A stretch of 64,000 bases of DNA from Eledone cirrhosa (taxonomy: Eukaryota), in assembly GCA_964016885.1 (NCBI GenBank), contig OZ024740.1:181722001-181786000 (forward strand), written 5' to 3'. Positions 37,325 to 50,100 of this stretch are shown here, piece after piece. Within the stretch, counting starts at the first letter, position 1; each line of letters begins with the position of its first letter. The notes below the pieces were generated by a model, which was not told the origin of the DNA, did no database searches, and worked only from the letters and a program-made list of their open reading frames with translations. A program made the translations under genes and the position numbers.

Positions 37325-37540
37325 GTTTTCTGATTTAGGTACAAGGCCAACAATTTTCAGGGAGGAGAAAGTTGATTAAATCAACCCCAGTGTGTTACTG
37401 ACACTTTATTTCATCGACCCCATAAGGATGAAAGGCAAATCTAACCTCGGTGAGATTTGAACTCAAAACAGAAAGGGATATAACTATATGCCACAAAGCA
37501 TGTTATCGGATGCTCTACTGATTCTGGCAATCTACTATAA
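37325..37540 (-). mobile_element. tRNA-derived SINE (Nin-domain-like) with ~15-bp TSD
   Basis: Homologous to 62572-62756; TSD agagga(g/c)taaataat at 37310-37324 and 37544-37558. Confidence 0.8.
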
Positions 37541-40500
37541 AAAAGAGGACTAAATAATAAAAACAAAAGTGATTATTTTTCTGGAAGGACAAGATGGGAT
37601 AAAAATGATACTGTTGCTGAACATAGGAGAAAATTACATTGGATGAACTAGAAGCAATGGAATGTTGAGCCAGTAGTCAAACACCCTTAGCCTTGATCAG
37701 CAGTAATTTGATCTACTAAAACAAAATGCATGAATGGTTAAATATATATTCATCCACATAGTTACAAATATACTAAAATATCCTTTATTAGTTAAAAGTA
37801 TTTGTTCATATGTTATTAGACAAATTGAATATTGCCCAAGAAAATCCTGTTCATATCCCAGACATTAAGGTAAACTGAAACAATGTAGAATTTATTGTTC
37901 AACTTGAAAACATGCCCTGTGACCAAAGAATATAAATCATCATCATCATCATCATTTTACATCTGCTTTTCCCTGCTTCTCCCTGCATATGGATAACACT
38001 ACAAATAATCAGATAAACAACGCACATGAACTTGGTTGTTTATCTAGGAATAATAAATAATATGTAATAAATGATTGATAAGTATTTCTGAAAGCCAGTA
38101 CAATTCGGTAGGGATTTACAAAGGGCAAATTATGACAAATAAAACAAAACAAAGTAATGTTTCATGTGTATATTCCAACATGATATTTCATGGTTATGTA
38201 TGCCTGTATTTCCAATCGATTTCACAGAGCCATTAGAAGGTTGGATATATGTTTCAGCTCTCTGTACTCGGAGTTAAAACCTACCAAGCTCCATTTTGCC
38301 TATCATTCGTTTGGAATCAATTAAGTTTGTATCAGTGCTGATGCAGCTCTCTTTCCTTCCAGCTCCCCACATGCTAGATCAAGATCTTCTGCTGGATCGG
38401 GGAGGAAAGATCAAGAGGGTATCAATGTCTGCTCACCTTAGTGAAAGCATAGCATATACTATCAAATCATACTTGATTACAAGTGAAGTTTGTATGTATT
38501 AATGTATGTATGGCAGAAGGTAGCAGGATTTAAATACAAAACAAACAGAACTGGATCAGATATCACAAACATACCATCCAACTATTTCACAATTCCACAA
38601 ACCCCACAACACTTGGACTGGTATTCTATTAATCAATCCAAAAGGATGCAAGATAAAGTTGACTTTAGCAGGATTTGAACTCAGAGGATAGTGAGCCGAA
38701 ATAAATGCTGAAACATTTAATCCAATGCTTTAATGACTCTGCCAATTTAAAATTATTAAATAAAGCTTGCCTTAAAGTTACAGTACATTTTGTTTTGACT
38801 ACACAATTCTTTGCATTCTAAATTTACTCAAGTTCTCTGCAAATGATGTAAATTAAGAGCTTATATTAAGAAATAATATTCAAATACTTATCCCCATTTC
38901 TTTCTCTTTTGTTTCCTCTTTCTTTTCCTCTGTTTTCTTTCTCATGCCTTCTTTTTATCTATCTTTCTCTCTCCATTAGTATCTTACATACAAAGAGGTA
39001 TAAATATATATCCTTTCTTTACACAAATGTTAAAACCAAAATCTAGAATTAAGAATAGATAAGCTTATTATTGTCAGCTAGTTATCTGAATTTTCATCCA
39101 TATATTCCTAGCAGAAACCAATGGTCTAAATTTGTGTTTGTCCGATTAACTAGAGAAAATATAGTAAAGAATAGATGTGAATGGAAATATCAGTTTTAAG
39201 AAAGTTTACCCTAAAATATATACCTTTCTAATATTCAATGAATGAGACAATACAATAACCTTTCAGTTGTGGAGGTGAAAATCTAAATATACAAGTATAT
39301 GCAAATTGGGTATTGGGTTGCTGAAATTGCAAGAGTGTTGGACAAAATACCTTGAGATTTTTGTTCCTGGTTCTAGAAATTATGATTAAGGTCAATTTAG
39401 CTTTTAATCCATCTGATGTGGATGAAATAAGGTACTGTTCAATTACTTGGACTGATTCAATCAACTGCTAGATTGTTGGACAAAATCTCTTGAAATTTTT
39501 GTTCGATTATTTTCTATTATGATTTCAAATCTCATTGACATCAAATTTTCTCTTTCATCCATCTGATGTGGATGAAATGTAGTACTGATCAAGTATGATG
39601 GTTGATTGAATCAACTGCTGTTCTGTGTAAAGATGCAATGCGACAGCATGATACACTAGAATATAAAACTCCACCCAACCATGGAGCTCTGATAACAGGT
39701 GAAATGCCACATCAGCTGGAGTACTTGCTGTCAGATCTAAATTCTCAATCTTAAACATAATAGATATGCACAAACACACTCAAAGATACATATATATGCA
39801 TCCAATCATTTACTCAGATATACATTCATACTCTATCTAAATGCACCCCCACCCCCCCAAATAATACATGATAAAGGGAGCACACATGGAATAATTGATA
39901 GTTCAATGGAAAATCAACTGCTTGTAACCAATTAACTGACAATAGAGAGGGTCCATGTTCAAATGAGTTGATTTTCAAATGTTCCAGTTGGCCTAGCTAT
40001 GGAGAAATTATCACAGAATAGAGACACCTTATGCTTTAAGTAATGACAAGACTGTCAAACTGACAAGTAGTTCCATATTAGATTACTGAGATATGTCTAA
40101 CACCTTCTGTCACAGAAGGACAGCTTTTGACAAATTTCACTTGAAATGTATAAATTCCAAAAAGAAAGCTTTTCCTGTGTGATATTTCGATCCAATGAGA
40201 TTTTGGTACTCAACGCACCATTAATTTCAGAAGAAGAGAAACATATGTTTCATAATAATAGAGTTGATTGTTGTTCTCCCTCACATTTTAATTAAAAGGA
40301 GAAAAAGATTACTCATACATTTCTTATGCTCCTCTAGTTTACTAACCCTTCTAAGATGAAACAGCTAAGATTGTGTCTGGTTCAATAGTCCAAAACATCC
40401 TACTTAAAGTCTTCCTGTTTAACCCTTCCATCAAAGTTGAATGTAAGAACCATTGGGGGGAGGGGGGGGGGGTCCCCCAAAAGAAACATCTTATTATTAG

Positions 40501-40744
40501 TTATATGATTAAATCCCTTGAAATTGTTGATTATTTTAAGAATGTTAATTGAAACATATCAATGGTATTATAGTCAGAAATGGGTCTAAGACTGTGGTTG
40601 ATAGTCAGCTTAAATTTCTGAAAGTGGATGCTAGAAAGAGGATCCATACAAATTTAGTAATAGATTCATGTCAGTTATGAAATACAGGCCCTTTTCAAAC
40701 AACTTGTTAAGTAATCAGTGCTAAACGTATACTTACCTATCTAT

Positions 40745-40784
<40 letters not shown>

Positions 40785-40789
40785 GTATA

Positions 40790-40850
<61 letters not shown>

Positions 40851-42120
40851 TATGAGTATATATATATATGTTGTACCCATGAATAACATGAATAAGAGAA
40901 CCAGCAAGAACAATTCATGAAAAAAGTTATTTTTTTAGCAAGTGATCTTTGCTTAAACAGAGGGAGTAGGCCTTTTCAAAATTATAGGTTCAAGACAATT
41001 AACCATCTGCCACCCACCCACTGTATATTTTGGTTTGCTGGTAGATAAAATGGGACCAAAAAGTAAAGTTGCAAGGACAAAGAATTTGGCAACATATTAA
41101 ATGCAGAGTTTGAAGTGAGATACAATGTAGATGAGGAGAAATAAAGGAAGTAGAGACACAATGAGGATGATGAGAGATAAAAGGAAGGAAGAAGTGAAAT
41201 GTGATGTAGACAGCTTCTTAATTCCTTAATTCAGAGAAACAAGAATAATTGTAGTAACATAAAAATAGAGGATACATGGTGTTGGTGTGGTAGTGGATGG
41301 AATCTGCTAGTGAGTGAAAGTTTGCAAATCATTCGGATAGTCTCTACTTTGATTTTGAAAATATTCTTCAGCATTTATGTCTGCAGGCAATAATTGCATG
41401 ATATTGTGATATTTTCAAAGTCATTTTATGAATGAGTAAATTTCTATTTTAGTATTTACTATATTCAATTAAGGTTAAATGAATTAGTATATTTACTAAG
41501 AGGTTAATGTATTTTCCTCTACTGGGAGACCTACATGAAGATTATTACAAAACTTTAGAAAGATTTCAGAATTCTTTTAAGTTTCTTTCAACAACAAAAT
41601 GTTCCAATAGGGTCAACATAAATATATGTAGAGCATAAGAGAAAATGCTTTCTTGGATTTTTTCATCTGTTTCTTTTTTGATTTCAAATCCTGCTGAGGT
41701 CAAGATTTTTTTTCATCCTTTCAAGATTGATCAATAAAGGACCAGTCCAGGGTGGTGGATTGGGGGAATTGGTAGAGCAGCAAACAAAATCCTGGGTTGG
41801 ACTGTGTATTGTGTTCTTGTGTAAAACACATTATTTCACATTGCTCAGCTGTAGCTGGGGAGGTAAGCCTGTAATAGATCAGCATCTTGTTCATGGAGAG
41901 TCTTGTACTCTCAGTTTCTTAACACCAAGGAAACTGGGGATAAGCACTGGCCTGATGAGCCTTATTTACATACATACATTTACTAACTAACTATGTAGAC
42001 CTGTTAGGAACCTCTGCACATGATTATTAGTCTTTTGAGAATCCAACCTGTTGCACATATTCCAATTAGATCCCTAGTTTGAAGATACCTTCTTTTTTCC
42101 AATAATAATAATAATAATAA

Positions 42121-42308
42121 TTGTTTCTACTTTTGGTACAAGGCCAGCATTTTTTCCCAGTGTATTACTGGTACTTTATTTTATCAACCCCATAAGGATG
42201 AAAGGCAAAGTTAACCTTGGTGGGATTTGAACTCAGACAATAAAGGGCCATAACTCTTTGCTTGCAAAGCATGGCGTCTGACCCTCTACCGATACTGCCA
42301 ATCCACCA
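42121..42308 (-). mobile_element. tRNA-derived SINE (Nin-domain-like) inserted in (AAT)n; a second 3' fragment at 42346-42385
   Basis: Minus strand: gagttcaaatc B box, ttaactttgcctttcatcct core, tail ggccttgtaccaaaagtagaaaca(att)n. Confidence 0.82.
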
Positions 42309-42311
42309 TTC

Positions 42312-42345
<34 letters not shown>

Positions 42346-42400
42346 TGTTTCTACTTTAGGCACAAGGCCAGCAATTACTGGTACTAATAATAATAATAAT

Positions 42401-42845
42401 ATGTGATCACAATATCGCAGCAAAAGAATTTAACAAGCTACGAAAATATAAAGATTTGCTTATTGAAATTGAGAAAATGTGGCACCTCAAGGCCGTTACA
42501 ATACCAGTGATTGTGGGAGTACTCGGAATGATCAAGAAAGGAATAGAAAAATATTTGCAAATGATTCCTGGTTTACCTTCTCTGCAAGAGGTGCAAAAAA
42601 TTGTTTTGACTGGTACTGCACACGTATTGAGTAGAACACTATCTCTGTAAGATTGATATCCCTCCTTGTATTTACATATGCATATGCACATGAGTATAAA
42701 TAGATATATACTGTTTTTTTTTTGTTTTTTTTTAATTATAATCAATGTGCTGTATTAACTGGCTTACCAATGCACACTCTGAATTTATTTGCCCTAGGTG
42801 TCGGGAAGACACTCGGCATATATCTCAGAAACAATAATGAAAGAA

Positions 42846-42846
<1 letters not shown>
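42401..42846 (+). mobile_element. 3' fragment of R4/Dong-type RLE LINE with (AAT)n tail
   Basis: KEFNKLRKYKDLLIEIEKMWHLKAVTIPVIVGVLGMI..QKIVLTGTAHVL is homologous to the C-terminus of 55491..58085; (AAT)n on both sides. Confidence 0.85.
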
Positions 42847-42897
<51 letters not shown>

Positions 42898-43599
42898 TCT
42901 ACACTATATAGGACAGCCTACACTATATAGGACAGCCAAACTCACCAACACCAGAAACTAGATACACCACCCACCCCATCATCTGTGTACACTAAACACA
43001 ACAGCCAGATAATGGCATTTTCACCTTCACCACCACCGCTCACTACGGCCATCATTACCACCACTATCCCATCACCGCCGCCACCACCCCTTCACTCCTT
43101 CACTGCTGCCACCGCTACAGCACCATCACTACAGTAATACGGTCACATCACCGCCACCACTGCCTCGGTAACGACATCACCACCACCACTGTCTCAGTAT
43201 CGCTACCGCCGCCAGTCTCCCACTTCTCCCTGCTGGCTGCTACTTCCACATTATAGAATTCCTACTACTAACAAAGAGGAAGGCATCAAAATATATAGAT
43301 AGACTCAAAAGAAAAAAGAAAAAACAAACAACAAAACCAAAGCAGCACAGCAACAACAGCAAAAACGAGAAAAACAAACAGAGAAAAACAAAAACAAAAA
43401 AAGAAACCCCCAAAACGTAAAGAAAATAAGAATGAAGAGAGAAGCAGGCGGGCGGACAGAGAAGAGGGGGGAAAAACTAAAACTTAAAAAACAAAAACTA
43501 AGTCAGACATTCGAACACTACATTACAATGAAACTTATGCTTATTCATTTTTGGGGCCCTTTCTGCCTGTGTGTTTGTTTGTTTATGTGTGTTCGTATA

Positions 43600-46500
43600 C
43601 AGCGTGGTGATAATGCCACACAAGGGCCAAGTGGGATGGCGGATCCACAGATGGCTATGTAACCATACATTCGCCAATCCTCGATAAGAGTGTTTAAATA
43701 TCGAACATAAACAGTTCGAATAACGGTGAAATGGAGACTAGAACGTCATGTGACAGACTCTCACCCAACAGGTGCCCCCTGGCTAAGCAGCAGGAACCTG
43801 ACTGTCAACCAAATACTGCTGATGTTGGAGGAAGAAGAAGAAGGAAAGGGGCCAGAACCAACTGGACGAAAGAATTGAATAGAACTGTTATGCAATGCTA
43901 CCTGAAAAGTAACCCCAAGGAGAGGGGCTACAGGAGACGGATGCATAACATCTGGAACGAGATTGGTTTATTTAAATTAGATGAACAAAAATTGGCCGGG
44001 CAGGCTCGGGTAATAAGAACTAATGGGTGGATAAGCGAGCTGGAACTGGAGGAACTGAGCAGAGAGAATGGCTTGGAGATGGCGGGTGTAGTATGCCAGA
44101 CAAGCGAGCCAGTGGGAAATGAAGGTGAAGAGGTCCTGAGAACGGAGGAACCACCCGAAGCAGACAATGATCTGAATACTGAGATAAATAATACCTGGAA
44201 CAGAGATACGGCCACTGAGGAGATGAATGCTGACGGGCTAGGACAAGATTCGGTTGACATCCTAAATTTAGTGGTAGATGAATTGAACAATGATAGTGGG
44301 AGACCTATGAACCTAAGATTTGTAGACAGGAAAAAGTTAAAAGAAACAACAGCTAAGGTAAACAAAGTCATCCCATACCTACTATAAAAGCGAGAGGAAA
44401 CAACAGACAAGAAAGAGCAGAGCCGTGGTGGAAGAAGCGACTGAGTGGGCAAATCGGGGAAATGAGAAATGACATAGGAAAGCTTGAGTCACTACTGAAT
44501 GGGACACTAAAAAACATAGGCACTAAAAATAGACTGGAAATAAAATACAAAACTAGGAGTAAAAAGCTAAATATTATCATAGAGGAATTGAAGCAACGCA
44601 TTGTAGCAAAGAGTGCAAAAATCAGGCGATACGAGAACAGAGTCAGTCAGTATAAACAGAACCGCATGTTCGACAACAACCAGAAGATGCTGTTTGGACA
44701 GCTTGAGGGGAAAGAAAGAGGCAACGACTTGATCCCTGGGGCGGAACAAACTAAAACATTCTGGAGAGGAATATGGGAGCAGGATGTTAGACATAATGCC
44801 CAGGCAGGGTGGATTGAGACAGTACAGAGGGAGATCGGTGAGCAGGCACAACAACAAACTGATTTGAGTATCACAGTTGAAACTCTTAAGGGGCAGGCCA
44901 AAAAACTAACCAACTGGAAATCACCAGGCCCAGATGGTGTGCAGGGGTATTGGATTAAACATTTAACATCCCTCCACCCGAAGCTGACGGCCATGTTCAA
45001 TGACTGCTTGGTGTCGGGTGAGGTGCCAGAGTGGTTGACAAAAGGTACCACAGTTCTGATAATGAAAGACCGAATCAAGGGTAATGATGTTACCAACTAT
45101 AGACCTATCACATGTCTGTCCGTAATGTGGAAACTGTTGACGAGCATTGTGTTTGAGGAAATCTACCATCACCTCCACACAAACAACTTGTTACCGGACG
45201 AACAGAAAGGATGCCGAAAGAAGTCACGTGGTACAAAGGACCAGTTACTTGTTGATAAGATGGTAATGGGGAATTGCAGGAGAAGACACACTGATCTTGC
45301 CATGGGATGGATAGACTACAGAAAGGCATTTGACATGGTGCCTCATTCTTGGATCACCAAAAGCCTGGAGATCTTCAGGGTGGCAGATAACATCAGACAG
45401 TTGCTGGGCAGGAGTATGGGGTCCTGGGAGACAGAGTTGACATCAACTGGAGTATCCTTGGGAAGCGTGAAGATCAAGAGAGGTATCTTCCAGGGAGATA
45501 GCCTGTCCCCTCTGTTGTTTGTCCTTGCCCTAATGCCCTTGACCATTATGCTGCGAAAAGTGAGAGCAGGATACAAGTTGGGAAGGGGAGAGCTTACCAT
45601 CAATCACCTCCTCTTCATGGACGATCTTAAGCTCTTCGGGAAAAGTGAGAAGGAGTTGGATGTGCTTGTTGACACTGTCCGTATTTTCAGCAGTGATATA
45701 TGTATGCAGTTTGGTATTGGTAAATGTGGAGTCATTGTGATGAGGAGGGGTAGGTTGAACAGAAGTAGCGGGATCCAGATACCAACAGGTGAGATGATAA
45801 AGGAAATTGACTCTGAGGAAGGATACAAGTATTTGGGCGTTCTGGAGGCTGATGGCATAAAGAACAAAAAAATGAAGGAATTGTTAAGAACTGAATACAT
45901 TCGGAGAGTAAGGAGCGTATTGAAGTCACATCTGAACAGCAGAAATGCCATAAGCGCAGTAAATTCCCGAGCTGTGTCTATTATTAGGTACAGTGCGGGA
46001 ATTCTGAGATGGAATGTTGCTGAACAAAAAGAAATGGATAGGAAGACTAGGAAGCTAATGACTATCTACAACATGTTCCACAAGAGGAGTGATGTCGATA
46101 GACTCTACCTAAGGAGATCTGAGGGTGGAAGAGGTCTTATCAGCATAGAGGACTGTGTTCAGATGGAGAAAAACAACCTATACAAATACGTGACCTATAG
46201 TAAGGAGCCAATGCTCAAAACTGTACTGAAGGAGGGGACAGTAGGCCAGGGGATGTCCAAGGAGGAAATAACATCAAGGAGGAAGAGCAGCCTTAAGGGA
46301 AAATCCCTTCATAGTACCTTCTTTGAGAAAACTGAATTTAGAGATCCACAGACATGGAACTGGTTGAGAAGAGGAGACCTCAAAAAGGCTACAGAAGGAA
46401 TGATAATGGCTGCGCAGGAGCAGGCCCTCAAAACGAAGTGGTTGAAGCACCATATTTACAAGGAGGAGGCTAGCCCACTGTGCAGGATCTGTGGAGAGAG

Positions 46501-47127
46501 AGAGGAGACTGTGGCTCACATTGTGTCCGAGTGTAAACACCTAGCCCAGACCCACTATAAGGGCTGGGACACGATGTGATGGGCAGGGTGATCCACTGGC
46601 ACCTGTGCAAAGTAAACAATTTACCACATTCTGAGAAATGGTATGAGCATAGGCCGGAGGCGGTGATGGAGAACAATCAGGTAAAGGTGCTGTGGGATTT
46701 TAGGATACAGACGGACAAAAAACTAGAACACAATAGACCTGACCTAGTGGTTGTGGACAAAGAAAAAAGATCGTGTCTGATTGTGGATGTGGCCTGCCCG
46801 TTCGACACGAGAGTGCAAGAGAAGGAGAGGGAGAAAATTAACCGATACCAGGACCTAAAGTGGGAGGTGAAAAGGATTTGGAACTGCCATGAAGTCAAAG
46901 TGATCCCGATTGTCATAGGCGCACTGGGGACTATCTCCAAAAGTTTCCAGGGATGGTTAAAGAAAATCGGCCCCTTCACGCTTTTTGGAACGCTTCAAAA
47001 GGCATGCTTGCTTGGAACAGCAAGAACCCTCCGATACGTCCTGAATATCTGAGGCTGCAGGTAGTGGCTTGATATTCATTCCAACGGACTTTCCATTTAA
47101 CCAACATCAATGACTGAGATTCAAGGA
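43600..47127 (+). mobile_element. R4/Dong-clade RLE non-LTR retrotransposon, family A, frameshifted
   Basis: ORF pieces 43731..44387, 44462..46579, 46576..47052; NWTKELN N-terminal block, YRPITCL, EQKGC, GIFQGDSLSP, LFMDD, CRIC..ETVAHIVSEC, RPDLVVVDK..DVACP..EK; (AAT)n tail. 5' boundary approximate. Confidence 0.93.
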
Positions 47128-47135
47128 ATAACAAC

Positions 47136-47168
<33 letters not shown>

Positions 47169-47170
<2 letters not shown>

Positions 47171-50100
47171 TTTCTTTATTAACCACAAGGGTTTAAATAT
47201 AGTAGACATTAAGGACAGTGCAGGACAATACAGGACGGTACAAATGGGCATTTCTGCGTGTAAAAAACAAAAACAGAGGATGTAAGAAAAGAATAACAAT
47301 GAAAAATTCCCCAATAGGGGGGAGACTTCGGAGGGACATTTGTGGAGAAAGCCCAGTAAAAGGCCACAATGACCCTGACCACCAAGGCAAGTGCCCTCTC
47401 CCAGTTTTCCACCTTTAATTTACAGATATATACTCAGAGTAGGCCCATTCACTCGGGCCATTCTTGATTCTGTCACCCATCTTTCAACAAAATGCTGGGA
47501 AGAGAGCACTTCCCTCTCTACTCTGATTTTCCTTTTCAAATGAAATTTGAAAAAGTCAATCAGAACATCACCGAAGAGGTAAGTGCTCGTCTTCAGCCCT
47601 TTCAAACGTGTCCACCATACTATCTCTTTCGCCATGGCCACCAGACAGATAAAAACTGCCTGCCCTTCCTGGCTAAAGGAGGAGGGCGGGGCAATCCTCA
47701 CGATGGACTCAAATGATAGCCGGATCCGTCCTAAACGCGACAGCAGGTGTTCGACATAAACCCACAAGTCAGCAATGTTCGGACACTAGACGAGTGCGTG
47801 CAGGACGGTTTCGTCGCCCTGCGGGCATCTCGGACATGCCCGGCTGACGGCACCTCCATGCCTGTAGAGTTTATCCCGAACTGGCAAGGCTCCTCGCTAG
47901 CACTGCCAGGCCAGAGATTTCTGGAAGTTGTCGATAGGCCCCGGCCCGAAAGTTCTTCCGAAGAGATTGGCTAGTTGATTTTCGTCGACGCCTAGAGTTT
48001 CCCCAAGTACGTCGTCGCTCTTCCCCTCCACTAATCCTCTATAGAACGCCGAGGTGGAGTTTCCACCGATCACATTGCCCGATTGGTCGAGGGCTGTGAG
48101 CGCCTGAAGACATTCCAGACTCCAGGCGCTCCCTCTCGGCCTTCGCTTGACCTAGGACTGCAGCTCCGTCAAGGAAACGAGCTGGGAAAATACGTGTCTA
48201 GCAAACCGCGACCACATCTGATCACCGTCGAGGAAGAGGTGGAGATGTCGTAGCCTGAACGCGTGCCTGCGCATCATCAGCCACGGCATGCCCAGCCCTC
48301 CACGTAGCGGGTGTTGACAACAGATGGACCGCCTGACCATCGGAGCGCGTCCCTTCCACAAAAAGCGAAAGAGCAAACGCTCCAGCGCAGTCAGGCGAGG
48401 CTTAGGACAAGGTACGACGGTCAAGCGGTAGCAGATGACAGACGCGATGTACGCGTTAGCCACCTCCGCTCGACCTTTCAGGGATAGCTTCCTCTCCGCC
48501 CATTTCTGGGTGAGAGAAGCCACCCTGCTCGTCACCTCGTCCCAGTTTTTGTCCGTCTGGAGGTCCGGACCGAACCAGACCCCTAGCAATTTAACCGGTC
48601 CGTCCGTCCAGCGTCCGACGAAGCAGTTGGACGGCATGAACCTGCCTCTCCAGGTGCCGAGCTGCAGGCCCACTGACTTTTCCTGGTTGATCATTGCTCC
48701 TGTCACCGCTTCGTATTCTCTTAGTGTAGTGCCGATCGCCTCGATGTGTTTGGCGTTCGACACCACTACGGTGACATCGTCCGCATATGCTGACACGGAT
48801 CTTCCGCATCCTAGTTCGCGCGGGACGCCCCTCAACGTCTCCAGTTTGTGCAGTAATGGCTCGAGAGTCAATACGTACAAGAGGGACGAGAGGGGACATC
48901 CTTGGCAGACCGAGCGTATGATGTTGAACGGTTCCGACAGGTGACCGTTCACTCTCACCACAGAGCAGATGTCGCTGTGCATGGCAGCGATCCAGCCTCT
49001 GAAGACGGGCCCAAAGCCAGCCGCCAGCAGGACTGCCGCTAGGTAACGATGGTCGACCCTATCGAAATCTTTCAACTGATCTAAATTGATCAAGGACCCA
49101 CCCGTGCCAGGTTCCCTAGCTACCCTCTCTACGATGTATCGCATGAGGTGGAGGGTGTCGTGGATGGATCTGTCGGGAATGGCGCATGTCTGCGTCTCTC
49201 CCACCAGACCACCAACGACAAGCGCCAACCTCTTTGCTAGCACCTTGGCCAAAATCTTGAACTCTGTGTTTAGCAGAGTTATAGGCCTGAAATTATCTAT
49301 GTTATCCCCCTTGTTCGGATCCTTTCTCAGCAGTGCCACCGCTCCTCGGCTCACAGAACTGGGAATTCTCCCGTTCTGTTGCCAGTTGCAGTAGACGTCC
49401 GCCAAGAGGCCTCCGAACAAGTCTGGCATCTGTACGTAAAGTTTATAGGGCAGACCATCCAAACCAGGCGATTTACCCCTTGTGCAGCCAGTCATTGCCT
49501 CCCTTACTTCAGCGGCTGTTATCGGCTTTTCACAACACTTCGCCTCAGTGGCTGAGAGCCGCGGCAGTCCGTCTAGGTAGACACTAAAGTCCATCCCTCG
49601 ACCCGGCCCACCGCTACCTCCGAACAGCTGAGCGAAGTGTCGCTGAAAAGCTTCACACATTTGCCCGCGATCGACTAGCATGCGCCCGTCGTGGTCCACC
49701 AAAGACCGGATCGTGGCTTTGTTGCCACGACGCGCCTCCGCCACTCGGGCCCATTGAACGGCTTTCGTCCCCTCGTGTCTGAGAGCACGCACCCTAGCTC
49801 TGACAACGCAGCCTTCGTGCTTTGCATTGAAGAATTGGTCAAGGGCCAATTTCGCCGCAAGCACGTCGGTCGCAATGCCTTTGCTAAGCGCCTCGTCTAA
49901 TTTTCTAACCAGTTCTCCCTCTGCTCTATTTTTCTCTATTGCTAAAGCCTTACTAAACCTAATGGATTCTATTCTAATCGCTCTTTTCAGAGCAAACCAC
50001 CACTTGTTGTTGACGATGGCCCCCGTTAACGCCCGCTTAACTAGTTCGCTAATCCGGTCTCTGTAGGCCTTGCGCGCTGGTAAGGACGCGTTTAGCTTCC